Positions 1 to 14,478 of a DNA stretch of 38,730 bases are shown here, piece by piece. The stretch is from Jimgerdemannia flammicorona (Eukaryota), in the NCBI GenBank assembly GCA_003990765.1, contig RBNJ01000157.1:1-38730 (forward strand), given 5' to 3'. The notes under the pieces are model-generated. The model worked only from the letters and a program-made list of their open reading frames with translations. It searched no databases and was not told where the DNA came from. Numbering within the stretch: the stretch's first letter is position 1; every line of letters starts with the position of its first letter. Both the position numbers and the translations under genes were made by a program.

Positions 1-86
1 TTTTTGTTCATTTGTACTTGGTAACGTCCGGCGATGGGCCCTTGAGATTCTCACGTTCCCATATGACCCACTCCACCCACCCCCAG

Positions 87-2712
87 CTTCTCGCCTTCAT
101 CGTCGGCCCCTTCGAGTACATCGAAGCTTACACCTCCGGCGAACACAATGGCTCGCCCGTGCAAGTGCGCGTTTACACTCTTCCGGGTGCCGTCGAACAG
201 GGCCGATATGCTCTGGGGGTGTGCACGCAAGCACTCGAGTACTTCGCCAAGGTGTTTGGAATCCCCTATCCGCTGCCCAAGATGGACTTGGTGGCGATCC
301 CGGACTTCGAGGCTGGCGCCATGGAGAACTGGGGCCTGGTCACCTATCGCACCATCGCCCTGTTGTTCGATGAGAAATATTCCTCTATCGCGTTCAAGAA
401 ACAGGTCACATATACCGTCTGCCATGAACTTGCCCATCAGTGGTTCGGGAATCTTGTTACTATGGAGTGGTGGGACCATTTGTGGTTGAATGAGGGATTC
501 GCTACTTGGTAGGATTAGGAAAGGGGTTATAGTGTATAAAATTGCTCGGGTTTGCCTACCTGTGGTTATGTTGTTTATTGTGTGCGATTTTCACTAATTG
601 TACTTTAATACATCTCGGAAAATCATGCAGGGTCGGCTGGTTGGCTGCTGACAACCTCAACCCCGATTGGGACGTCTGGACCGCGTAAGTCTCAATTCCC
701 ACCTATATATTTTCGTCTTTGGCACTCGCATCTAAGCTTTCAATGCTTCCTTTTCTTTCTCCTCATCCTAGCTTCGTCGACGGTGACATGCCGCGCGCGT
801 TAGTCCTAGACTCGCTCCGCTCCTCCCATCCGATTGAGGTGGCCGTGTGCGACCCATCCGAGATCAACCAGATCTTCGACGCCATTTCGTACCACAAGGG
901 TGCGAGTGTCATCCGTATGCTGAGTTCCTGGCTCGGTGTCGACGTCTTCCTCGCAGGCGTCCGCAGGTACCTCCACCGCCACAAGTATGGAAATGCCTCC
1001 ACCGGCGACCTGTGGAACGCTCTCGGCGAGGAGGCCGGCATCGATGTCGGCCGGTTCATGCAACTTTGGACTAAGGAGATTGGGGTGAATATATATATAT
1101 ATATATACATATATATATGTGAGAAGGAAATTCAAGGTCGATTTTTTACAGGATGTATTGACGATTGAATCATGTTATCCTGAACGTTGTCTTCCATCCA
1201 TTCATCCTCACCTTTAGTATCCCGTTTTGAACATTGCTACCTCTGACAGCGGCGAGGTGCACATCTCGCAATCGCGCTACCTCTCCACGGGCGACCTAGA
1301 GTCGCACGAGGACGAGGTCAACTGGTGGGTCCCTCTCTCCGTGATGACCCACAACTCCTCGGCGGTCGAACCGCTGACGCTGACGAACAAGTCGCAGTCC
1401 TTCAATCTTCCCGCCGACGGCCTCTTCAAGCTAAACGCAGGTCAGACCGGCGTCTACCGTGTCAATTACCCGCGCGAGACTCTACTCAGGCTCGGCGAGG
1501 AGTGTAAGAAGGGAAAGAATGGGTTGTTTAAAAACACGAGCGATCGCGTCGGGCTTGTGGCGGATGCGGGAAGTCTGTCTGTGAGCGGGGAGCAGAAGAC
1601 CAGCGCGTTCTTGGAGCTCGTGATTCAGTTTGAGAATGAAGATCAATACTTGTATGTTTTATTGTTTTTATGTGCATCGAAATCCCCTACAAAATCGTTT
1701 CATTATACTCAAGCCATTACCTAAACCGCACCACCTCCAGCGTCTGGTCCCAAATCTCTGGCCATCTCTCGAGTATCATTTCAGCCTGGTATGAGCAACC
1801 TGGGCACGTCCTCTCAGCCTTCAAGGCCCTCCGCCGGCACCTCTTCTCCCCACTGGCGCACAAACTAGGCTGGGAATTTCCGGCGAGCGAGGAATACCTA
1901 ACGGCAATGCTGCGCATTGTCGTCATCCCGAACGCCGGCTACGGCGCCGACAAGCGCATCGTCGCAGAGGCTCAGGACAGGTTCTGGCGGTTTGTCCGTG
2001 ATAGTGACGCCACTGCCGTGCATCCGAACTTGAGGGGAATCGTGTACGAGATCGTCCTCCAGCATGCTAAGGACGAGGCTGAGGAGACCGGTGTGTGGGA
2101 GGCCATTCTCAGGGTGTTTAAGGATACCAGCCTGCCTACTGATCAGAGGTACATTGCGTTGTCCAAGCTGGGGGATACTAAGAGCCAGGCGCTTGTGGAG
2201 AGGTTGTTGGGTATGACGTTGGATTCGGAGCAGATCAGGCAGCAGGATGTCATTTATGCGTTCCGATCGTGAGTAGGAATTTTCTTTTCTGAGCGTACTC
2301 GGCCGTTGCGAATCTGGTTTAGAGTTCGGCAAGCTCTGCTTCTGCTCGATATCTGATTTAATCACGTTCTTTCGTCCTTTCAACTCTCCGCTCCCCCCTT
2401 AGCCTGGGCTCGAACATGCACGCACGCACGTATCTCTGGAGCTTTTTCTCGCGCAACTTTGACTTCTTTCACGAACGCTTCGTCAATTCCATGAAGCTGT
2501 TCGACATCTTAATCAAGTCCTCCATCGACGGTTTCTCGGACGACGCGCGCATCAACGAGGTCGAGGCCTTCTTCGTCGGCAAGGACACCAAAGAGTACGA
2601 CAGATCTCTCAGGCAGGCTATTGAGGCTGCCCGTGTTAACGCTAAATGGGTCGCTAGAGATAGAGCCGACGTCGAGGCTTGGGCTGAGAAGATCAATGCT
2701 CTGGGGTGGTAG
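87..2712 (+). CDS. M1 family zinc aminopeptidase (Ape2/puromycin-sensitive type), 5'-partial; exons 87-508, 631-684, 772-1084, 1218-1651, 1741-2268, 2403-2712
   Basis: GAMENWG motif, HELAH plus downstream NEGFA (HExxH-x18-E), YHKGASV, GYPVL and an ERAP1-C-like tail. All five introns are GT..AG and join in frame. Stop TAG at 2710-2712. Bases 1-86 are intron ending in CAG. Confidence 0.95.
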
Positions 2713-2949
2713 GCCTCTGCCACTGGTAGGGTACATTGCGATTTTTGATTTTTCTTGGAAGTGGTGACATGGAGAATTTAAACGAAAAAATGTATATCAA
2801 TAGAAAATGGAGGGTGATTGTGGACGTGAGTCTGCGTTGCGTGTGAATGTTGTTTATTGGGTGTTTCGGGGCAGGAGCTCCGGATCGTATGTAAGTTTTA
2901 CGTGGAGTCAGTTGTCGTAACAGTTCTGGGATACAAATTTTGCGTAGCT

Positions 2950-3955
2950 GCTTTCATGCCATTTGCTTGATTTATCAATCCCCTGCAATGTTGATCTCGA
3001 GCTCGCCATTGCTCACCCGATAGATCTCTCCAGTTTCATCACCAGTGTTGTCAAACTTCTAGTGCTTAATGATATCTCAACTGGCGACATTGCTTGCAAC
3101 ATCATTACCACCAGCATTATAAGTGACAATGGATTTGTTGAGGTGGACCTGTATAATATATGGCCATGTCCCAATGATGTCTATGCTACTGTCAGGTGTA
3201 AATATTAAATTCCTAATTTTACAGATAGTAATCAATTATCATCAATTTCTGTTAAAACAGTAGGGTAGATCTTAAACATATTTATTATAGCAGATCTTAT
3301 GACAAAGATTGCCTTTGATAATATTATATTTTTGTTAGCAATAGATTTAGATTCTTATAATTATAGTAAACTTCTTACAATGTATTTTAAAAAGGAGGCT
3401 AATATTTCCTCATACTACTTTTAGTAGATATGTAAGGATTTATTTTTATAAACTTTTTAAGAAATATTTTAATAAAACCTACTTAAGGATAATATATAAG
3501 CTGGTACAATTTCTATAATCAAAAAGAGTTCTTAAATCAAGGTAGTTTAATAAGTAGTATTTATTACTCTAAAATTTATTAATTATAAATTCTGTCTACT
3601 TATTAGTAGTCTTATTATATAATTAGAATATATAGTTTTTAGATTTATATTTATTATATTTTAAGTATATAATTATCTAGCAAATATAAACTATACTAAT
3701 GATATTTTATTTTAGTAAAGTAGTTCTTATTAGCTAACCAAATTATAATTATTTATTGTTATAAAGATTAATTTTCTGATTTTTTACTATTCAGTAAGTC
3801 TGTCTTTTTTTTTTTAACGGATTCAGTAAGTCTGTCTATATAGATATCAGCCAGTCAACTTAAGTATATAACTGGATTATTTATTGATTAGATAACTATT
3901 TAAATTTTATTTTAGCTAGCTAAAATCTAATTTTAGTAATTATATATTTATAATC
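2950..3955. mobile_element. Degenerate AT-rich transposon-like relic between the aminopeptidase and MET3
   Basis: Abrupt loss of CpG and excess TA, the same texture as the 21-38 kb TE block. A minus-strand coding-like frame is broken by TGA/TAG stops. Family not recognised; ends approximate. Confidence 0.5.
3789..3837 (-). repeat. 17-bp direct repeat (ATTCAGTAAGTCTGTCT) flanking a 15-bp insert with a poly(T) run; TSD-like micro-insertion
   Basis: Copies at 3789-3805 and 3821-3837. The insert reads CCGTT-A10 on the minus strand. Confidence 0.75.
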
Positions 3956-4041
3956 ATCAATTCCATGTCGACAGAGGACTACCAATCAAGATGTCGAACA
4001 GATTGCGTGCTCGATCGCGACTGCCATGCGCGCAACTATAA

Positions 4042-4051
4042 ATGACGTCAT
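4042..4051. promoter_or_regulatory. Palindrome ATGACGTCAT, a bZIP (CRE or CYS3/MetR-type ATGRYRYCAT) site upstream of MET3
   Basis: Perfect 10-bp palindrome about 120 bp upstream of the MET3 ATG, overlapping TATAAA at 4037-4042. Confidence 0.5.
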
Positions 4052-4060
4052 CGTCGATAA

Positions 4061-6180
<2,120 letters not shown>

Positions 6181-6742
6181 GTGGGAATCTGTGGAGATGG
6201 GGTGGTTGGTGATAATACCCTCAAGAGAAAAGGCTTGTATGTGATTAGATGGATTTTGACCCCGATGGCGTTATGTACATTTCGTAATTTACTATCTAAT
6301 TCGGTCGCCTTGGCCTTGTTTTTGTATACATTTTCTCGGACGTCTCACGGCATGTCATAAAGTTATAACTCATCGGCAGATCGTTAAAAAGAAACATAAG
6401 TCTCCATTACGACATTAAGCGTTATAAATGATTTCACAACGTTGCGCGCTAAGTGTTTTCGCCGACGCTGGCAGCCGCCTAACGCGCTTGGGGCCAGTTC
6501 ATTTTTCTTAGGGATGGGTTTCCAGGGAAGAGATGTCTGAGCCCCTTCGACGTAAAATCCGACACCGTGTGACCATGGGAGCTTCATTTTTCGTCGGAAT
6601 ATTTGCAACTAATAATAATTGCAATCTAAGTATCATGGATTTATATACTACAGGTGGAAACCTAAGTTTTACAAAAGTGACAAAATACTTTGGTTCCGTC
6701 TCCAGCATGCGAGGCAACTCCCAAAATGATATATGAGCCTTC

Positions 6743-7557
6743 TCACAGCAGATCGAAATCGTCGAGCTGTCGATGCGTGCATGGAAGAGAAACCCGTCAG
6801 GATCATAATCCGTGCAGCGGCAGCCCCAAACCTGGCTACGGCTCCACACAACATACCGCGGCCAAAAGAAATAATTGAGGAACGCACCTTATCATTATAT
6901 TTGAGTATCTTCCTCCTAATCTTGCTGGTGTCCACCCAGGTCACGAAGTCCTCCATGTTCCTGTTGACGAGGAACGCCGGGTCGGTGATGGTCTCTGGTC
7001 CGACGCGGATGTGGCCCTGCTCGACGAAGGTGACGGCCTCTCGGACCGTCTCGGCCATCTTGAGTCGGCACATGACGATGGGCAACCGCCGCCGGCAGAA
7101 GGCCGACACTGTGATCTTGTCGGCATCAGAGAATTTCTTGGCCGACGTCACGAGACCCATCCCATATAGCTTGTCCAGAAGCTGCGTCTCCCGCTGTGCT
7201 CGAATAGGGTCACGTGGGTTCAGCAAAGAGATGCGGTTTGCGAGCTTCTTGACCTGCCCGCAGAGCTTGTTGTATCTGGAAGGGGGTTTGTGTCAGTTGT
7301 ATTTGGAGATGAATTCACCGAGGAACTAGGTTGTGTTGGGGACTTACTTGATGTAGTCCTCTCGCTTCTGGATGTGATACCTCCGCATTACCTTGATCTC
7401 TCGGACATTGTCATACTTCCACTGCGGTGAGGTCAAGCAAGTGTTCAGTGTACATTTGGGAGCAACAATGCAAGGATACGACGATAACAAAAATATTTAC
7501 CTGGAGGAAGTCGACCTTCTTCAACAGCTTCTGCTCGTGGAATTTCAACTGTCTCAT
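6743..7557 (-). CDS. IMP3: U3 snoRNP protein Imp3 (S4 domain); exons 7557-7501, 7421-7348, 7275-6888, 6766-6743
   Basis: MRQLKFHEQKLLKKVDFL, YHIQKREDY.KYN, VSAFCRRRLP, EQGHIRVGP..ITDPAFLV.RNMEDFVTWVD and a C-terminal LDDFDLL*. Canonical splice sites. Confidence 0.96.
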
Positions 7558-7677
7558 TATGAACGCTATAGACAGAATCCACAGCCGATACAAAAAATAA
7601 ACAGGAAGAAACCACGTGATCACAAGCCACATAAATTGCGTGGGAATCGGCCCAACCTTAATACCACACCACCAAAC

Positions 7678-8877
7678 ATGGTCTCCAAAACCTGGAAGCA
7701 ATCCCTGGACGAGGAAGGCTACGTCGTCGTCGATGGACTCATCCGCCCCGACCTGCTCGAGCCCCTGCGCGAGGCCTGCGAGCGGGCTATAGCCAAGGCG
7801 AGGAAGAATGAGTGGCCATATAGGTGCGTAATGGGCGAGTTTTCGATGTGTTTTGGCATGGATACGAAATGGCCCCCTGTTGCTTACCTCTATTAACCTT
7901 TTTTTTTTTTTTTCTCTTTTTTGTACCAAAATAATATAATGTAAAAGGCGTCTCGTTGGCACGCAGTTCCCGCCGTGGGATAAGGGGGATGACGTCTGGG
8001 GCGTTCAGGTATGTCGGCCAACATTGAATGTCCCCTTTGGGTTTATTGGTTATGTGTTCTTTAGTGTCATAATGTATTCAAGCCTGCTTTTATTAAAAAA
8101 TAACGGCGATCAACCTTTGATTCTATCAGCATGTTATGAACCCCGATCTCAATGAACCAGTCTTCGCCCAATGGTACGGCTCTCCCCAGCTCATGCACGC
8201 CGTCTGCGAGATTCTGAATGTGAAGGAAAACGAGCTCCAGCTCGGTAAGTCACTACATCGGCTGTCGCCAACCTAATGTTGCATCAACACGCTGACCACT
8301 TACCCGCAAGCCACACTTTCTTACCACCCCCCCATCTGCAGAGCTCTTCAACCTCCTCATCAACCCCCTCGAATCAGACTACGAGCTGACGTGGCACCGC
8401 GACGCAATTTCACCCGAGACCTCCGATGCCGAGGAAATAGAGAGGCTCAAGATCCCGCACTACGGAACGCAATGGAATACGGCTTTATACGACGAATCCT
8501 GCCTGTTGGTGGTCCCGCGCTCGCACAACCGGGTGCGCACGGCCGAGGAGCGCCGCATCACCGAGCATGACCCGCTGAGCCAGCAGATGCCCGGTCAGCT
8601 GCGTGTGCACCTGTGCGCGGGACAGACAGTCTTCTACAACAATAACATCCTGCATCGCGCTGCCTACAGTAAGGATTCGAAGCGCGCTACACTTCATGCT
8701 TGCATCGGCACCACCACCGGTGGCCATCATCGCGCTGAGAATATTTTCCAGCATGGTCTTGAGTGGATGAGGGAGGAGAAATTTAGGAGGACTCTGCCGG
8801 AGAGTATGTTTGGGCCATATGATAATTTGATTAGGTTGGCGGATCAGGAGAAGGCGAAGGCGGCCGAGGCGCATTAG
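7678..8877 (+). CDS. PhyH-like Fe(II)/2-oxoglutarate dioxygenase; exons 7678-7823, 7948-8008, 8130-8244, 8342-8877
   Basis: LDEEGYVVVDG N-terminal motif, ELFNLLINP..YELTWHRD (HxD), CLLVVPRSH, ILHRAAY (distal His) and R.TLH. Spliced product is in frame. Confidence 0.85.
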
Positions 8878-10165
8878 GCGCATTAGGCGTGGGGTAACGG
8901 GTTGATGCTGTTGTGGCCTTTTCGTTGGTAAGTGTCAAAGGGTGTTTTATATTAATGGAGGAAAGTCGAACTGTATCTCTGTAACTTTGGAGACGGGGCA
9001 ATGCTTGTGACAATATCCGATTATTTGATTGAGAATATATTATAATTTTCGCAAGACTAACCAACGAAGCATTGATAAACAAGAGCGCTCGCCATATTTC
9101 TGTTCGCTGGTTGTTCTACACAAAACGGTGCCTAGGGAGCCCAACCTTCTGTGGGGTACTTAAGCTCCCAAACAGAGAAATGAGCTCGTTGACTCCGGTT
9201 CCGCCCACTGTAACTTTTTGCTGCTGCTATTATGACAATCTTGGAAGCCCCGAGACTCAGGCGTGTATCGAAGCCATATTCTATGATTGCCCTTTGTGAG
9301 AAGGGAGGACATCCAAAGATAGCCATGTGCACTACACACATTAAACCCGCCTTCCACAGACCCTAACTCTTCCCCCTGCACCCTTCCGGTGGTGGAACTG
9401 CCGCATACAAACCAAGGGGAGGAGATCATGATCCCAACCTCTGCTGACGCGAGTACCAGAACCGCAAAGATGAACACGAGCAGAGTCCGGTATCTCGAGT
9501 AATATCTCCGGGACAGATCATTTTTCGGACCAATGGACGTCCGAAAAGTTCTAAGGTTGTCTGGATTTTGATGATTATAGCAAAGGTGGTCGTGCCAAGG
9601 ATGGAATGGATCGCTACGGACGAAAAGATCCCGACGAAGAGGGTGTTCCTAGAAGAGATGGGCGAACGAGCTACATCGGTTGTCGCCGAATAACAGTGAC
9701 CTAAGGATGGTGATGGTGTCGCAGCTAAAATGGATGGGTCCATGAGAAAGGTCCAAATCTCGATCCCGACCCCCGCCGCGTCGCCGCCCCCTGCTTTGGA
9801 GGATGCTTGTGTTCATATTGCCGTTAGGACCAAGCAGAAGAGGCTGATTGACATGGAATTATATGGAACGGAGGATTTGGTAAATGGCATGATGTTGGGG
9901 TTAGGTGGCGAGGAGGTCGTGGTATTGTATTTTGGGTCGGCACGAGACTGCGGAGGATGCGGTGGAGCCATGGTTTATTCGAGGTGCATGATTTGTTTTC
10001 GAGGGTTTTGGTGGATTTTGAGGTCAGAGAGTTTCTGAAGTGTTGATGTTTATGGTGGGTTTAATTACTTACGACAAATGGATGTGACTGTGTAATAGAC
10101 GCGAGTGACGTCAGCCCAAATTCTTTTGCGATAAACAACACCTCTATTCTGTTACCAAACCTATA

Positions 10166-12020
10166 ATGCTGCCATCAAGAATAATTGCTCGCCGAGCAAC
10201 AAAGCTCATACCATCAACATCGGTAGCTCGTCTTGTTCAGACCGCGCGACGATCCATTGCAACAGTTGCCGCGCAGGATTCGGCATCGCCAGCAATAAGC
10301 AGATACACCCCGCCGACACTGGGCGTGAACCCGGCGTACGACGAGGCGCTCAAGGTCATTTCCGCAGACAGGACCGCGCGGCTGGAGCGGTTGAAGGAGG
10401 TCGAGGCAGAGATTGCGAGGGCCATCAAAGGTGGGCTCGAGTTTCTCGTTCTCCTTGGAAACCTCTGGACTGCAGATTTTCATAAATGTCTTCCAAAATG
10501 TAGCGACCAATTCGCCAACACAGGCTGAACAGCTCTCGGTGCTACGGAAGCTCAAGTTTGATCTCCAGGTCAAGGCGGAACTTAATAATCCAGAAGTTCA
10601 GTGGAATTTCAAACATGGTTATGGTATGAACCACCAACCTTGCTCCTCCCTACCGCCTCTTATCCGAAACTGATCTGATCTGACGCGAAACGCCCTATGC
10701 CTCATAGTGGATATGTCCCATCCCGTATACCGGTACATGCAACAGAAGCATTTTTTGCGCAAGCCTTTCCTCACACTGGTAATTCTACAACGTTTCATCC
10801 GATCCCCCCTTTATCTTCTGAAATCTCATTCCGCACCACCTTTCCGCAGATGCAACGAATTACACAGATGTACGTCATCCCGGACCTACTCCCGCCTTCC
10901 GCCGTGCCCAGCGTGGACGTGACGCTCGATTTTGGGAGTGATATTGGCGTGATCGAACCCGGCGTGTTCGTAAAGCCCGCGAATGTACGTCGTATGATTG
11001 TGTATCCTGCGAGAACCATTGGGTCCAGATAATGATGCCAGAAGTATGACTTACGCTCGTTCGTTCTTCCGGCTTCCTAGTCGATCCGACCACCCATCCT
11101 GAAGGTGGCCAACTTTCACGAGGATACAAGGCTGTACACGGTGCTGATGGTCGATCCTGGTGAGTCTGGTCGGACACTTGTCCTTTGCGCGTAGGATCCC
11201 AAGTTTTGTTTTACTCACTCGTTACCACATGTCTGCACCTGTAGATCTACCCGACCCAGAGCGCATGACCTACCAGCAGCACTGTCACTGGCTTATGTAC
11301 GTGATTGAAAAGTCGTTACGCTCTCGTTGTATGCGCTCTTAAAAGCCAAAGCAATACCAACCTTTACTCTTCCCTCTCCCCCAACACACACTCGGATGCC
11401 ACAGAACAAACGTGGCCCTTTCCGCTACTTCCCCTATCGTCACGAATGGCGACGTTGCCCTGCCTTACATCCCGCCGCACCCGCAGCGCGGCACCAAGTA
11501 CCATCGTTACACGGTTATGGTATTGGAGCAACCGAGGGGGGGGAAGCAGAGTGTACATGTTGACGCCACGGAGAGGTTAGTGTCGAAGGTTTAACAGTCT
11601 GTGCGGTCTATGCATCGCCTCGCTCGCCTTGGTTCTTCGCCGATGGACACAACTTAACCCGCATGCATCGCGCTCACTCATTCACTCCTGATCCTTAGGG
11701 CGGGTTTCGACGCCGCCGCCTTCCGCGAGCGCCACGGTCTCGTCCCGAAGGGCGTCAGCTTCTTCCGCGGCGTGTGGGACGAGGACGTGACACGGATTTA
11801 TAACGAGATACTCGGTGAGTGTCGGGTTACGCGATCGCTCTCTCTTTGGGGTTCGGTCTCCCTTGTGTATCTGACGTCGCGCTCGCCATCCACTCACCCG
11901 CGCAACCGACCTTCGACTTTGAATATAGGCACTCGCGAACCCATCTTTGGCAAGCCGCCCAAGATCGACCCGTACATCATGGAGACGGGCCGCAAGAGGA
12001 AGAAATACCTTACTGTGTGA
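10166..12020 (+). CDS. MRPL35: Mitochondrial large ribosomal subunit protein mL38 (PEBP domain); exons 10166-10430, 10504-10623, 10708-10778, 10850-10984, 11081-11159, 11245-11296, 11405-11575, 11699-11814, 11929-12020
   Basis: Arg/Ser-rich presequence, PAYDEALKVI, NNPEVQWNF, DMSHPVYRYM, MQRITQMYVIPDLLP, YTVLMVDPD.PD, HWL.TNV, YIPPHPQRGTKYHRY and FFRGVWD. Eight GT..AG introns are in frame. Confidence 0.9.
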
Positions 12021-12427
12021 GCGTGTTGAGTTGGGTTGGGTAGTTCGCACGGGTTTGAGCTGCGTCTGCGGGACGTGTGGCGCCAAAAAAATAATAATTT
12101 GACTCTGGGCTTAAAATAAACCTATAGACGGCACATTTCATCGAGCGAATGACACTTTGTCGGTCGTGCGATCATTGACGATGCACTTTGGGTTGTGAAG
12201 AACATTGCTGGGGTGAAAGCGCACGTTGCCGCATCGACACCCGTCTGTGCGTTAAAATATCCAATGAAACCTAGCGTGTAGGGTCGCGATTTGAAATCCA
12301 ATGCAATGATCTCTATTATCTTTATTGAAGTATGAATGGCGGTACGTATGATTTTTGGTATCATACAAATGATATCATACGAAGGATACCGAAGGGAGTA
12401 CGATGCTTGAGGTAGTGTAAGGAAGGG

Positions 12428-12459
<32 letters not shown>

Positions 12460-12528
12460 CTTTCTTCGGTTAGAGGAGAACCGACGAAAAGGACGCAGAT
12501 TCATTATTTCTCTTAATTTAAAATGTCC

Positions 12529-14478
12529 TTAGAGCGCGAATCCGGCGACGACAGCAACGATGACCGCCACCACCACGCGCGCAACAACATCGCCGGTGAC
12601 GGCGAGTGAACCGGCACCGCTCTTGGTGCCGTTGCTGGGAATCACGTTGTTGAGCCAGCCCTGCTTATTGTATAGCCTGGTTGTCACGGCCGTGGTAAGC
12701 TCGAAGTCTGTTTATGGGGGAGGAGTTATGCCATTGAGGATAAGTGCTAGTACTTTGGGTTTCCGCACCGTTCACACCACCAAAAAAAAACCCCCGAACC
12801 GACCCATTGCGACACTCACCAGTAGTATCCGCGTCCATAGCCCACACGCTAATGCCACCCATACCCTTGGCCTTGAGAAAATCGACCTTAGAGTTGAAGC
12901 TGGAGGGATCGTCGTAGCCGACCCACTGGCTGGAATTGGAAGTGTAGGTCAAGTAGCTGCAGACGCCGACCGTGTCCACGGCCGCTGTGGCGTTACCGCC
13001 CGAGAGCAGCGTCTTGATCTCAAAGTAGGCCATCGTCCCGGCCTCCTTCGTGCACCAACCGACCGTGCCGGGGCCGGAGGCAGAACTACCAGGAGTGGTC
13101 TATTTGTGATGAAGTTGGGAGATTGGGTTAGTCTGGGATGAAATTCGGTGTTGTGTTCAAAGGGATCACCATACGAACCTGCGAAGTATTGAGAGTGAAG
13201 GTGTCGCCCGAGAAACTGATACCCAGATTGAATTTGGCCGGGTCCACACTCGTGGGGACCATAGACGTGAAAGCGTTGTTAACAGAGTAACCTGAGAAGG
13301 CCGTGCCGACCGCAGGATCGTAGAGCGGCGCGGCGCACTCGGCAATGCTCTCCCAGGAGCTGCGATGCGAATATAATTGGAGATATCAGCGAAATTTTCG
13401 GTGGTGTTGGATTCGTGGATAAAAAAAAGAAAATTGATAAAATCCCTTACCCGTGAAGGTTGTATGCCATGAGGTTGAACCAATCGACTGAATTTCGTGA
13501 ATGAGAAGTTTCAATAATTAGGGCAAGCGTGCTTTACAGACAAAGCTGTATCTAAATTTGCCAATGTTTTTAAATTGCAATCACCATATTGCGCCAGCTG
13601 ATCGTTCAAGAAATATTGCCCATGGTACGGCCCGCCCGGTAGTGCGATGCTGAGCGTCAGCCTCGACGTTCCATTCGTCAGAGTCTCGGCATTAACGGCC
13701 GCCCTCAGCTCCTTCATAAATAAAACCAGGTTCTGCGGGTCGGTTGCCTGGCCGCCGCGTGTGGTGTCGGACGGGTATCTGCAATTGTGTCATGGGATGG
13801 TGAATACGCTGTGTATGTGTGTGACCGATGAGATACAATGGAACAAATTAAATTACGCACTCCCAATCAAAATCGATCCCGTCGAAACCGTACTGCCGCA
13901 CGAACTTGAGTGAAGAAGCGATGAACGTTGCCCGGTTCTGCGCACTGCTGACTAGTAAGGAGTAGTAGGACATGTTCATAGACCAACCGCCTGCGATGCA
14001 ATACCAGGAAGCCAGGATTGTGAGAAGCTGCGAGACCAATCGAGCTGCAGAATTTAAAAAAGCCCGCCCAAGACACTTACCGACGACCACGGCAGTCTTC
14101 AGCTGGGTGTTTATTTTCTTCAGTGCGTTCATGCGAGCATACATAGCCTCATCCGTGCCCGGGTTCGTCACGCCCATCTGAAAGTCGTCCGTGATATTAG
14201 AAAAGGCGAAGTTGAGGTGCGTATACATGTGCGCGGGAACCAGCTCGGGCACGAAGCGCGGAATGCCCGTGCAGTTGGCCCCAGTCGCAAACTGCAAGGG
14301 ATGGGAAAGGTTATGTGTGAGTGGGCTAATTAAGTCGGAGAGATCGACAACGATGATGGATCTCTAATTCATCCAGTGATTAGGTGATGCTTACAATGCC
14401 ATAGTAACCGACCATGCGCTGGGCGGCGGCAAGGTGGGCGCTCAGTAACGTCAGGGTAAATAGACTCAACGACTTCAT
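12529..14478 (-). CDS. Secreted, probably GPI-anchored GH18 chitinase; exons 14478-14395, 14291-14081, 13990-13861, 13778-13585, 13487-13451, 13359-13179, 13099-12820, 12707-12529
   Basis: Signal peptide MKSLSLFTLTLLSAHLAAA, YTHLNFAF, VVVGGW, catalytic FDGIDFDWEYP (spans an intron), WVGYDD..S...K, GGISVWAMD. C-terminal SGA plus hydrophobic VVVAVIVAVVAGFAL*. Confidence 0.92.

Noticed and set aside
12430..12459. Poly(A) downstream of the chitinase as a retrogene signature
   Set aside because: The gene has seven introns and no TSD. This is a simple homopolymer, like 17259-17287.
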